A stretch of DNA of 63,242 nt, the filler included, from Thraustochytrium aureum (Eukaryota): the NCBI GenBank assembly GCA_012862495.1. It is 4 parts of 4 records of this genome, joined end to end, with 100 filler letters (N's around TTAATTAATTAA, not from the genome) between each part and the next. Parts side by side here need not be neighbours in the genome. Positions count along the whole stretch, not along the records: positions 14,849 to 32,547 come from BLSG01000053.1; positions 32,648 to 60,831 come from BLSG01000054.1; 2 more parts are not named here. One strand, written 5' to 3'. The translations under genes and the position numbers were made by a program. Below, one piece after another: positions 22,844-34,997 of the stretch. The notes under the pieces are model-generated. The model was not told where the DNA came from. It did not search any database and saw only the letters and a program-made list of their open reading frames with translations. Within the stretch, counting starts at the first letter, position 1; each line of letters starts with the position of its first letter.

Positions 22844-25800
22844 TTAGCTACGCCACGACATCGCGGCTCCGACGAACAGCAGCGCCAGGAGAGACGCCCG
22901 CTGCTTGGCCTCCACTGCGTCGCTGGTCACTGGGGGGGCGGCATCGCCTTTCGAGACAGAGAGCTTGATCTCCTTCTGGAGCCTGACGACATTCTTGTCA
23001 CTGTCCGCGCCCACGTAGCGCTCATTGCTCACGTCGTATAGGACAAATGTAAGTTCCCCCTCGGGCGCTGTCTCTTCCTCCGAGAACTGCCAGTTCATGG
23101 TCAAGCCGTGCAGGAGGGCGTTCAGCGCACTTGCCGATCCCAAAAACCGAAACTCGCCTGAGGCGACGGAAGGATCAATACCGCCCACCTCCACGAACTC
23201 CAGATCGCCGAGCGTCGAAGCAGGGATGAACAACTGGCAGCTGCTCGTCGAAGAAACACTGACCACAAGCTCCAGCACGCGCGTGCTCCCCTCGCCCTTC
23301 GTGTCGATGAGCACCCCCTTGCCGCTCACATCACTGACAGGAATGTTGAGTCGCTTGCCACGCGAGACGACCAACTCGGTCGTCGGCAGCACCAAATCGG
23401 CCGTGTCGTGGACGTTGGTCACCCAGATCGCGACACCCACCGCGTCCCGGCTCCGCTCGCCTTGCACCTGAAGCGAATACGAGACCTCTACTGGACAGCC
23501 GCCTCAAGGTTGTCGCAACCGCCCATGACCAAACCGTCCAAGTCGAACACCGTGTGTTGTTCGTAGTGCGCAGCCGGGATTTTGGAGGTCGTCTCATCCT
23601 CGTCGAACACGCAGCCTGCCACCATGTTCGCTGGCCCGGCGCACTTGGGACTGGTAGCATTCTTCTGCAGGCATTGTGTAAAGGAATTCGCTGCCGATGG
23701 GGCGCAGAGCGGCCAGGAGTCTCGTGAAAAGTAGCCGGGGGCCGGCTTGAAGTACACGACTGGAGACGCCAGCGCCAGGCCGCCCTCCGGTAGAGATCTG
23801 ATCACCGCCTCGGGGTTTGGCGCCGTGTACAGCGCCCCCTGGAATTGAGGAGGCAAGGCGCTGAGACGAAAGGGTCTTCTGGCGGCCTGAGCACTCGGCC
23901 GGCGCATTCTGCAGCTTGTTGCCAAACTTGTCATCACAGACAAAGTCCACGCCGCGAAGCGCGACCTCGGTAAAGCCAGAGTCCTCGAACACCGCCACTT
24001 GACCGAGGGCTTCGCCACCAACTTGCAACGCGGTCTCGATTGTGATCTCCAGCGACTGCACTTTGGAGCTGCCGACGGCGTCCGTCACTGCAATCGCCAG
24101 GGTCTCAACCGCCACAACCCCGGCGGGCAGTGCTGCGGTGGCACTGTTCAGAGGGCAAGGGTTTTGAGCCGAATTGTCTGAGCACGCCTCGAAGCAGACG
24201 ACGGCGGTTCGCGGGCCGTTCGATACGGTGCCGTTCACGATGGGGATAGTGAGCGGGAAGGTGTTGATCGCGGTTGAAGGGTCCAGGCCCGTGCACTCGG
24301 TCCCGGACGGCTGGTACAGCTTGCCGAATTTAGGTCCCTTTGAAATCGTAAAGTGCGAGAGGCCGAAGAGCGCGCAGCTGGACGCCTTGTTTGCAAAGAA
24401 CTGCTCAACGCTATCGTTGATATAGAAACAATCCTCGTCTTGAGCGATCAGAACGACCGAGCCGCTCTGCGTCTGTGGCACAGCGAGCTTTGGGTCGAGC
24501 CACTCAGGAACTCGGGCGCGTCGTTCTGGGACTCGGCAATAAGATATATGTTTCCAGCCCAGGGAGTAGCCCCGCCGACCTGATCGCGCACCGCGAGGGG
24601 AAATACGCCGTGGCCTCCCATTTCCGTGGACGAGTACCAGCCCTCTTGCTGCGCCTCAAACTGGAGCGTCTCCAAGTTAATGTCTTGGCCAGCCACGAGC
24701 GGAGCTTGCGCGGCAGCGTTCGCAAAGAGCCTTCCAACTGCGTTTTCTTCCAGATCGATAACGCTGGACCGAACAGCAGAATAGGTAAACGTGGTCGCCT
24801 GGCCGAGAACCTCTTTGTCAAAGTCATACGGCACAATACCCGAGCAGTCCAACGTCGTCCTGCTCTCCTCTTTGCCTCCTCTGCAGTACACAACACTGAC
24901 AGGGAGCACCGGCGCGTTGTTCGGCAGGCGCGCGGCGAAGTTCTGTCCAACTTGCTCGCTCGTGAGAGCCTTGTTGTACATAGCCACAGCGAGGACCGAG
25001 CCCCGCCACGAAAACAAGCGTCCAATCTTTGCGTCGTTGCGTGGGGAGCGGACGAAAGGGCTTGATCCGACGCGGAGCTTGTTCGTCGATCGCCAGGTGG
25101 TCAGGTCCGGGGTGGGAGCCGAGCCCACGACAGCGTCGCTGACAGTGGAAGCAGCGTAGGGCGTTACGTAGATCGATGGCACGCCGCCAGTCTCGAGGGT
25201 CAAGACCACGTGATAAACGGTGTCAGGCACAAGCGGAGTTGCCGCCCCGAACGCAAGGTCCGGACCGAAGCACGCGTCGCTGCTGGTGCGATACCGCAGT
25301 CCAAAGCGTTGCGCGCTTGACATGTAGACCAGCTGGGCATCAAAGTCCTGACTTTCNNNNNNNNNNNNNNNNNNNNNNNNNNNNNNNNNNNNNNNNNNNN
25401 NNNNNNNNNNNNNNNNNNNNNNNNNNNNNNNNNNNNNNNNNNNNNNNNNNNNNNNNNNNNNNNNNNNNNNNNNNNNNNNNNNNNNNNNNNNNNNNNNNNN
25501 NNNNNNNNNNNNNNNNNNNNNNNNNNNNNNNNNNNNNNNNNNNNNNNNNNNNNNNNNNNNNNNNNNNNNNNNTAAGAGCAGGCTCTGGCTTGGGAAATCA
25601 GCTCCCATCATCACCCACATTTCCACTGTGAGCTCATGCGTCAAGTTTAGGGCGCTGATATCTTTTACGCTCTCGATAAACTCATCCTGCGGGAGTCTAC
25701 CGCTGTCGCCAGAGAATGTCGCACCGTTGTGCAGAAACCTGTAATATTTGCCGGCGTCGACCAGGCTGGGGCAAGCCAAGCTGAAAACCGTGCTCATTCC

Positions 25801-26019
25801 GCCGAGCCTGTCCTCCGAGCTGGCGTCCAGGAACGACCCACTCTCGCACTCTGCCTGCTGCAGCGTGTACAGAAACATAAGGCTCGGGTCCGCCTCGGGC
25901 CTTTCCGAGCCCACCCTGGTGTTGAACTGCCCGGGCGCAAAGTGCCGCGTCGTCGCCGCACGGGCCAGGCCGACAAACACGAAGGCCGCCGCCGCCACCG
26001 CCATCATCATCCGCTTCAT
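22844..26019 (-). CDS. Large secreted/surface protein: signal peptide, LamG/ConA-like domain, cadherin/Ig-like modules, GPI/TM tail; several frameshifts
   Basis: Signal MKRMMMAVAAAAFVFVGLARA; LTVEMW, YHVVLT, WRGSVLAVAMYNKALTSEQV (LamG-like); NNAP/NDAP/NVHD cadherin-like linkers; hydrophobic end ASLLALLFVGAAM. ORFs 24448-26019, 23594-24481, 23488-24021 and 22844-23467 are collinear. Confidence 0.75.
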
Positions 26020-26519
26020 CTTGGCCTGAGCTTTGGTTTGGATGCCCCAGTCGCGCGTCCTCTTGCCGTTGTTGCTCGCAGTTTCGGGTCTGTTCGCAGT
26101 CCAATCTGGTTGACGGTCGCCTGCATCTCGGAGTCAATCTCTCGAGTTGAGTTGTGTTCTTCGCGTGGACCAGCGTGCACACCCAAACGCCGAGTCGTGG
26201 CTTCACGGCAAGCAAGTTGACGCAAGTTGACTTGTGTCTGCGCCGCTTGCCTCATCGGGCCGGGTGAGATGAAGAACGCGGCCTGCTCGTGCAGCCAATA
26301 GGAGTAAGTAGGTAGAGTACTTGCTGGTTGAAGTTTGAGCTTGTGGCGCTGGCTTTTGCTGGCTCCTGCTGTGGCCGCCGATGTGTGGGTCGTAACTTGT
26401 GAGTAGGCTAGTACTCAATCAATACCAGGTGTAGGGGGCAGGTTGGTCTACCACGAGTAGGTTGTACTTACCGGTGTTTCTCCATTTACTATCATGGGAT
26501 TTGTACCCAGTTCGGAAAA

Positions 26520-26770
26520 ACCGCTCGGGAGTCGACTGCGCCTCAGCGCGCGCGACGCAGACCGCGTGCTGAAGTGAGTCGGAGCCGGAGTCCCGGACTG
26601 GCAACCAAACTTTGAGAGTCTGAAGATGGGCGAAGGGCCTGTCAATTGGTGGCCTTCTGGTGCTGACACGAAACCCCCGCGACCAAACGTTTTGGCGAAA
26701 TGCCGGGGCCAGAGCGATACTAGTTGTTGTACCGGGCCAAGCAACCTCATGGTGGCGGAACGAGCTTCCA
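26520..26770 (-). mobile_element. Short remnant related to the 3' end of the 8.8-10.6 kb element
   Basis: GCGTGCTGAA...ACTGGCAACCAAA...AAGATGG resembles 8866-8935; encodes FGCQSG on the minus strand. Confidence 0.4.
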
Positions 26771-26947
26771 AGTCGAAGAAGTGAGCACCGTTTACGTTTA
26801 CAGTCGAGTATTTCTTGAAAGAGTACTCTACTAGTACCTATACCTTAGCCAACTCTCCCCTGTTCACACAGAGCATTGCATTGCCGTGGCAGTTCAAGAA
26901 CATTCTGGCCACGCCAAAGCCGCGCTGCAAGGAGGCAGGCCCCTCTT

Positions 26948-28761
26948 CTAGCCCACGGGGCGCCCGTTGAGAAAGTAAGGCATGTTGTCAAAGTCGAAGC
27001 CGGAGGCTACATAGTCGGGGACCTTGGGCCCATTGCTGGTGACGCTCACGAGCGTGAATTCGTCGCTCAGCACGCCGATGTACTGCCGGATCCGCAAGGC
27101 AACCGTGACAATCTTGCGCTTGCCGAACAGGAGGGCCAGGACGCAGAGCACTGGCACGACGTCCAAGCTGACGAGGAGCGGGCCCCACATGGCGCAGTTA
27201 TCCTCGACCATGCTGCTCGGATGGTGAAAGGAGCCAAAGTGCGTTTTGATCGGACTGGACCACGCCGCCGCAAAGATTGACGAGCGCCGACCTGCGAGGC
27301 GCGAGGCGACAGTGTAGCTACACAGTTTGTACTGATTGGAGGAGCCCGAGAGCGTGGTGCCGCTGCTGGGCGCCACGCCGCTGCCCAGGCAAATAGACAC
27401 GCGGCGGGCCTTGCGCACGAGCCGGACAGCAAGCTCCGTGGCAGCGAAAATGCCGATCGCAACCAAGAGTGTCACCATTTGCGTCTGAACAAAGACCTCC
27501 AATCCGGAGAGGCCCATGCCGTCCGCGCCGGTGCAAGCAGATTCGGCAACCTCCGTTCCGTTGACTGTGACTGAGCACTCGAGCAGCAAGAGCTGCCCAA
27601 GCCCCGTGGCCTCGCCCGCTGCTGCTGCGCGCATCGTGGAAAAGGTGATGAGGCGCGCAACAATCGATGCCGCCAGCGCCACGGAACCAGAGCAGACGAG
27701 TTGCACGCCAACAGCGGAGAGGAACGAGCCCACGACCATGCACAAAACGCTAGTCACGGCGCTCGCCGCGGCCAGATGGGAGAGCGGGCTGGGCTCAAAC
27801 GCGCTGGCGTCGAGCCACAGAAAGCTGTGCCCCATCGCGAAAACCTCGAAAAGAAACACCCACATCGAGATCCCGGGCGAGGTAAACAGCCCGCCGGCAA
27901 GGTCTGCCTTTACGTGCACGCGCCGCTTGTGAACGCGTACGCCCGTCACCAACACCGGCGTGATGGCCAAGCGCACGGCTAGGTTGACAACGATAGAGAC
28001 TGCGATTAGAATGAACAGCACGTCTTGGAATTCGGCGAATGACTTGCTGGCGTTCGACTTGGCTGAGGCCCGCAGAGCCACGTCCACCTCGATTCGTCGC
28101 ATTCCGTTGGTCGCAGTTTCCTGTACGCGCGCCTCAAGCATGTTGAGCATGGCGTGCGTCACGCCAAACCCGAGGCTGTTCTTCGTGCGAAACTCTTCTT
28201 CCACGGTGAACCCACTTGTCAACAGCTCGCTGGTGAAGGCGAGCAGGCAGCCTTCCTCGCACGACGAGGCTGCCGCGCCGCAGCGGAGGGCCAACGCGCC
28301 CACGCGCTCCCCACCGGCCGCGCACTTGTGCATGCCAACGAAAAGTAGGCCACCTTCACCGTCGAGCACGCCTGTGGACACGCCAAACCCCATGTCCAGT
28401 GCCACAAAGCTACCGCCCGTGGTGGAGACTTGAACCGGGGCGGGCTTTTTGCCGATTCCCATAAAGAGCGACTGGCCGAGCCTCGTTCCGTTTCCGTACG
28501 TTGGCCACTGCACGTTCGTCGAAACGGTCTGCCTCACTTCGCGGTCGTGCATGCCCTTCGCGAACGAAAGCATCTCGACGAAATGGACTCCAAGGACGCC
28601 CAGCATGGCCAAGTTGATGAGCGCAAGGCCCACAAATCCGCGCCCCCAACCCGAGACCGCATCGACGTGCTGCGTGGTTCGTCGCCCGAGCTGCTCACCG
28701 ACTGCGTGGCTTGGCCGCCGACGCTCGCATTAGACGTTGTCGTTGTGCCTGGAAGCGACAT
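26948..28761 (-). CDS. Multi-pass membrane protein, paralog 1 of a tandem pair (frameshift near 28645)
   Basis: 561-aa ORF plus an upstream Ser/Thr-rich N-terminus (MSLPGTTTTSNASVGG). Long identical blocks shared with 30329-32127. Confidence 0.8.
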
Positions 28762-29924
28762 CCTTCCTGCGTCGATTTCCGTGCTGCCTTGGTCCTGTGT
28801 GCCTTGGGTCTGCGTACTTTGGCGTGCCTTGTCGCGCTTGTCGAGCGTTCGGGCACTGCTCCAGAGATAGGTCGGTGTCGCTTACGGCAGCCATTGGTTG
28901 TGTATGGGAATGCGTTTGGGCCAGAAGTTGAAGGGCAATCCAAGCCAAACCCCAATTCAACCAGGGGTGAAGCACGGCCAACACGTGAATCGTGCGACAC
29001 GTTTTTAATTTTAACAAGTTCGAGGGGAACGTGAATCCGTTGACAAACAAATGGCCCCGTACCCAGCGGCAGGCGGCATTTGGAAGTCCGCTTCGGAGAT
29101 CTTGCAACGCAAGAATGCCGAAGCAGCATGTCGAGGGCTCAAGGAGCCTGAAGAAACGAGTGGAGCCTTCGAGCCATCGCGAGAATGAGCTGCCAGCGCG
29201 ACCGCGAAAGAGAGCCGTTTTGCTGACTGTTGCACAAGCGCAACAGCAGGCGTCGGCCATGCAAACGCGTCCAGTTTCACTGTGGCGACCCTCTGAAAGA
29301 GACTGCTGCCAACTCCCTGTGGCCCCAGCGTGGGTGGAACTCGTTTGCCTTGTCTCCCTCGCAGTCAACAACTCCACAACCTGGCCGACATTGCGTGCAA
29401 CTCAACGACCTGGCCGACATTGGTTGATGGATGAAAGGGGGGAAAGAGCCGTTGGGCNNNNNNNNNNNNNNNNNNNNNNNNNNNNNNNNNNNNNNNNNNN
29501 NNNNNNNNNNNNNNNNNNNNNNNNNNNNNNNNNNNNNNNNNNNNNNNNNNNNNNNNNNNNNNNNNNNNNNNNNNNNNNNNNNNNNNNNNNNNNNNNNNNN
29601 NNNNNNNNNNNNNNNNNNNNNNNNNNNNNNNNNNNNNAAAAGACTGCCAACAAACACGTTGCGAGCAGGTCAAGCCAGCGCTGCGCTTTCTTTTGCGGTC
29701 TCGAGACCTGGCCGTTTCCGTGTCCACGTTTTGCAGAGAGCTCTGCGTGCCGCAGAGGGGGCGAGTGTGAGCAGGGGGAAACAGGAACATTTGAATTCCT
29801 TTTCCGGAGCGGCGGCCTGCGGCACGAGGGACTTTCATGCTTGGCTTTTCTCATGGACCCGGCCGTGTGCCAAAAGGGGTGATACTCCACGATGTTACTC
29901 TACGTGAAAGTCTGGGAGTTCAGC

Positions 29925-30200
29925 TGACTCCTCGGGCAGCCAGCGGCGGGACATCTGAGCGCGCGACGGAGGCCGCGTGCTGAATAGGGCACAGGCACCA
30001 GGCTGACAACCAAAAGTCTGAAGATGGCGAATCGCTTGATGACGTATGTGCATCGGGAGCGCATTGGGAGTGCCAACTTGTCTTTCTCAAGGACTCGGCC
30101 GTGTGCCAAGAGGTCCTGATGACGTATGCGCAACAGTCAAGTCATGCAGGTCCAGCCTTGCCGTGGAGCAGCAGGCCCGCAACGACCCGCAACCAGCACA
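29925..30200 (-). mobile_element. Short remnant related to the 3' end of the 8.8-10.6 kb element
   Basis: CAGCCAGCGGCGGGA...GGAGGCCGCGTGCTGAA...CCAGGCTGACAACCAAAAG...ATGGCG closely parallels 8838-8937. Confidence 0.5.
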
Positions 30201-30328
30201 GGACCCAAATCAATCACCGCTCATTGACTAGAGTAAACCGCTCGGACCTCGCCCGATCCTCACAGCAAGGGTCGAGAACGTCACTGGAGCTGTCGAAAAC
30301 CATTTTTCGTTGGAAGTGCTGATAAGCT

Positions 30329-32127
30329 CTAGCCGATGGGGCGCCCGCTGAGAAAGTACGGCATGTTGTCAAAGTCGTAGCTGGAGGCGACATAGTCGGG
30401 GATGTTGCGGCTGTTGCTCGTGACGCTAACCAGCGTGAATTCGTCGGTCAGAACGCCAATGTACTGCCTTGTCTGCAGAGCGAGCGTAACTATCTTGCGC
30501 TTGCCAAACACGAGAGCCAGAATACACAGGAAAGGGACCGTGTCCAGGCTGACAAGCAGCGGACCCCACATCGCGCAATTGTCCTCGACCATGCTGCTCG
30601 GGTGGTGAAACACGCCAAAGTTGGTTTTGATCGGGCTGGACCAGGCTGCCGCAAAGATCGACGAGCCACGGCCAGACAGGCGCGAGGCAACCGTGTAGCT
30701 GCACAGCTTGGATGGCGCCGAGCCGTCTGACGAGCTCCCACCGCTGCTGTGCGAAACCTTCTTGCTCCTGGCCTTGCGTGCAGCCCGGGCAAGGAGCTCC
30801 GCACCAGCAAAAAAGAGGACAGCAACGAGAAGCGTGCTAATCTGCGTCTGTACAAAGACTTCCAGACCTGAGAGCCCCATACCATCCGCGCCTGTGCAGG
30901 CAGACGTGCCGATCTCCGTCCCATTCACGGTGATTGGGCACTTGAAAAGCAGCAACTGGCCGAGGCCAGTGGCTTCGTTTGCCATCGCAGTGCGCACTGT
31001 TGAATGCGTGATGAGGCGCGCAGCAATTGAAACCGCTAGCGCCACGGAACCCGAGCAAATGAGGCGCACGCCCACGCGCGAGAGGATCGAGCCCAACAGT
31101 ATGCACATGACGCTTGCAACCGCGGTCGCCGCTGCCAGGTGGGAGAGCAGGGTTGGCTCAAATGTGCTGGCCTCAAGCCACAGATAGCTGTGCCCCATCG
31201 CGAACACCTCGAAGAGGAACGTCCACATGGACACCCCCGGGGAGGTGAACAGTCCACCCGCGAGGTCCGCTTTCACGTGCACGCGCCGCTTTTGGATGCG
31301 CACGCCAGTAACCAAAACGGGGGTGATGGCCAGGCGCACCATGAGGTTGAGCAAGAGAAACAGGGCGATCAGGTAAAGCAGGAGGTCCTGAAACTTGGCG
31401 TAGTCCTTGCTTGCGTTCGACTTGGACGAGGACCGCAGGACCACGTCCACCTCGATCGTCTTTTGCCCGCCACCCCCCACGTTCTTTATCCGTGCCCCGA
31501 GCATGCGAAGTTCGGCGTGCGTCACGCCAAAGCCAATGCTGTTCTTCGTGCGAAAGTGCTCTGCCACAACAAACCCACTCGTCAGCAGCTCGCCAGAAAA
31601 GGCGAGCAGACAGCCTTCTTCGCAGGAGAAATCTGCGGCGCTGCACTTGAGGGCCGTCGCGCCAACCCGCTCCTCGTCCGCTTCGTCCTCGCATTTGTGC
31701 ATTCCCACGAGAGTGAGCCCTCCATCGCCGTCAAGCACTCCGGTGGCCACGCCAAACCCCATGTCCATCTCAACAAAGCTGCCACCTGTGCTAGAGACCT
31801 GTACTGGAGCGGGTTTTTCGCCGATTCCCAATAAACATCGCCTGTCCGAGCGTCGTGGCGTTCCCGTACGTTGGCCACTGGACATCCGCGGACACAGTCT
31901 GCGTTACCTCGCGGTCGTGAAAGCCTTTCGAGAACGAGTACATCTCCACAACCTGCACGCCAAACACGCCCAGCAAAACCAGGTTTCCGAGAGCCGAGCC
32001 AGGGGAACCCCTTGCCGCATTTACGCGAGCGTCTCGCCTTGCCGCCAACCTCGTCGGTCATGCTGCTGTGCGACTGCGTTGCATGGCCTCCTCCGCCCAC
32101 GCTCGACTTGGTCCCGACGAGTGACAT
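30329..32127 (-). CDS. Multi-pass membrane protein, paralog 2 of a tandem pair (frameshifts near 32005 and 31820)
   Basis: Same architecture as 26948-28761, for example KRRVHVKADLAGGLFTSPG, HHPSSMVEDNCAMWGPLLVSLD and DFDNMPYFL.GRP.G*. Confidence 0.8.
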
Positions 32128-32203
32128 CTTGCTTGCCTTGCCGGTGTCGTGCTCGGTCTGATTTCGCTTTGCCCTTCCAGCTCACCTGCTTCTAAAGCGC
32201 TGG

Positions 32204-32337
32204 CGTTTCGACTCTGCTTCGCGCGCGTTTTGGTTTCAACCTGCTTTGCTTTGCGCGCGTTTCGACTCGGCCTACGTGCGCGGCTGGTTTCAAGCTGCTT
32301 TGCTTTGCGCGCGTTTCGACTCTGCTTCGCGCGCGGT
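32204..32337. repeat. Imperfect tandem repeat (TGCTTTGCTTTGCGCGCGTTTCGACTC / CTGCTTCGCGCGCG)
   Basis: Two to three ~55-bp units upstream of paralog 2. Confidence 0.75.
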
Positions 32338-32547
32338 AGAAACCGACCTGTTGGGCTTTCTGTGCGCTCGTTGGTATGCTTGCCAGTTCGGGTGGGGGAA
32401 ACGGACGTATCGCTCGAAAGGCACTCCAACCCGATGAGCTGGACCTGCGACGAGTGGGGGCTGTGTGTCCAACACAATAGTCGAGCAAAGCGCAAAGCGC
32501 AAAGCTGTTTCTTTTCCTTATTTTTCACTCGAAAGAAAGAAAGAATG

Positions 32548-32647
32548 NNNNNNNNNNNNNNNNNNNNNNNNNNNNNNNNNNNNNNNNNNNNTTAATTAAT
32601 TAANNNNNNNNNNNNNNNNNNNNNNNNNNNNNNNNNNNNNNNNNNNN
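32548..32647. other. Artificial scaffold linker
   Basis: TTAATTAATTAA at 32592 within N runs. Confidence 0.95.
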
Positions 32648-34703
32648 CCGCACCGCGCGCAAGGGCGAGGTGCTCGTACGCGAAGGCCAAGTGGGGACAC
32701 CGCTTTTTGTCGTGCTGGCTGGGGCCGTGGAGGCGCGTGTCGGCGGCGAGGTCCGGCACCTCTTCCAAGGTCCCGCCCGCTTTGGCGAGCGGACCTGGCT
32801 GCGGCAAGACGAGGCTTGTGCGGCCACGTGCACCGTGGCCAGCGAGGAATGCCGCTTGCTTCAAGTCGCCGGAGACGCCCTTATCGCTGGCCTCAAATCG
32901 GTGGACGGATTCGCGCGCGTCGAGGTGGGCGAAGGCTGCCTCGTTGGCTCGGTGAAGAAGGACGCGGCTGCATTTAAAGGCATCCGGTATGCGCGCGCTG
33001 GCCGCTTCGAGGCCCCGCGAGTCGAAAACGATTTACTTCAGGGCCGCTGGCCAGGCTCATCCCCGGCCCGAGCTGCCCCCAGGTCGATCCTGGCGTGTTG
33101 CTGGACGACCTCGGCCCTGCCGTGCAGGCCATGGTCCCGCAAGCACGGTCCATCCCCTGCGACCTCGCGTTCCTTCCCAGTGGCGAGCGCGACTGCGGAA
33201 CGATTGTCGGCGCAGACCGCGTGCCCCAGACAGACGACTGCCTTCAGCTGGACGTGTATTGCCCAGCTCCGCCAGCCCCTCCTGGAAGCAAGCCGAAGCA
33301 GGGCCTACCGGTCATGGTATTCATCCACGGCGGCGCTTTCGTGAACGGGTCAGCTTCCACGCCGCTCTACGACGCCAGCGAGCTGGCTCGCCGAGGTGCA
33401 GTGGTCGTCGCGATGAATTACAGGCTCGGGGCGCTTGGGTTTCTGCTGGCGCCTGGCGTCCCAGCCAACCTGGGTCTGCTGGACCAAGTGGCGGCGCTGG
33501 AGTGGGTCCAGGCGAACGTGCGCCATTTCGGCGGCGACCCGGCCAACGTTACCGTGTTCGGCGAGAGCGCCGGCGCCATGTCGATTGGTTGCTTGATGGC
33601 GAGCCCGCTGCGCAAAAGCAAGGGAGCGCTTCGCAGGACGCAGCCGCTTTTCTCAAAGGCCATCCTCCAGTCCGGCGCCGCTGCCAACGCCCACATGGAG
33701 GGCACCGCGCGAGAGACGGCTCGCCTCTTCAGCGTCGCGCTCGGGCTCGGGCAGGCGGCGGTAGACCTCAGTTCTGAGCGGCTGAAAGCAGTGCCCCTCC
33801 AAACCCTGGTGGCCGCTACGAAGACTGTGGCCTTGGAGTCCACGCGGCGCGAAGACCTCTTCGGCAAAGCCTGGCGTTCGAGCCAGTCGTCTGCCCTGGC
33901 GACACAGTGTTTTCTGGCGTCCACCCTGCCGACTGGCTCGCCAGCGGCGCGGCGCGCGATGTGACGACCATCGCGGGGGTGACGAAGAACGAGTTTGCTC
34001 TGTTCATGCTCGGCGGTATGGGCGGGGTCCGCTCGCTGCTAAAAGCCAGCAGCGGGACCCGGGTTGTTCGGCATCGAGCTGGCGACTCGGATCGAGCGGA
34101 CAATCCAGGGTGACAAGCGGTGGCAGCCTGTGGGTGACGCCGCGACTGCGGCGCGCAGGATCGTGCAGGCTGCTGCGACAGCGAGGCTCGGCAACATTGA
34201 CGCCAAGCTGAGCAAGGCGAGCGCTTCGGCTGTTGTTGAGCGCATCAACTCGCTGTGGTTTTTCGAACTCCCCATGTGGCGCTTTGTGGAGGCCCAGCGG
34301 AGAAGCGGAGCCAAGGTGTTTGTTTACCGGCTCGACTTTGAAGCCGCGGTTCCTCGGCTTGGGGCCTGCCATGCGATCGACCTGCCGCTGGTGTTCGGCA
34401 CCTGGAAGCACCCCAAGTTGCAGCTGGTGACTGGAGCTTCAGAGCGCTACCAAGGCAACCTCTCGAGCGATGCAAGCGGCGTGGTATTCATTTGCCTCGA
34501 CTGGGGCGCCTTTGTTGGGGACCGGCGACGGTGCGGCCTGGCCGGCGTTTGACGGGCTTGGGCCAACATTCTCTGGCCAGGCTATGTACTTTGCTGCAGA
34601 CAACGGGGCGGACGCCCGCGTGGCGGCGTACCCAGACCCTGCAGAGGTGGGTGCGTGGGCTGCCGTGCTGCGGTCCCAGTCTGCAGCGAGCGCCAAACTC
34701 TAG
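32648..34703 (+). CDS. cNMP-binding domain fused to a type-B carboxylesterase (5' truncated; several frameshifts)
   Basis: [23 protein letters not shown]...RFGE...AATCTV runs in frame into [24 protein letters not shown]. Then [52 protein letters not shown] and [13 protein letters not shown]. Confidence 0.85.
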
Positions 34704-34877
34704 AGAAAGCGTAAAACTTGTTATCCATCACAGAAAATAGTTACAGGCGCGCCGCGCCGTGCGGCGCGTCAAAGGCAAGGCGAGGAAAAAGCCATCCTGG
34801 AGGTGCCGAGAGCCTCGTCGCATTCGAAGGCGTGTTCCATAGGTACGTCAGGGGTCCGAGTCCGCGCACAATTCAAT

Positions 34878-34997
34878 GGCGATCAGATAGTCCGCTTGTG
34901 CTGCGAGTGGTTTGAGTGCATCGCATCTACAGGGCGATCAGATAGTCCGCTGGTGCTTGTGCTGCGAGCGGTTCGAGTGCCTTCCATCAACAGGGCG
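34878..34997. repeat. ~55-60 bp tandem duplication across the stop of the 34938 gene
   Basis: GGCGATCAGATAGTCCGCT..TGTGCTGCGAG.GGTT.GAGTGC..CATC.ACAGGGCGA occurs twice. Confidence 0.8.

Noticed and set aside
28633..32048. Conserved frameshift at the equivalent N-terminal site of both membrane paralogs
   Set aside because: The required shifts differ in direction between the copies and lie in G/C runs, so they are likely errors.
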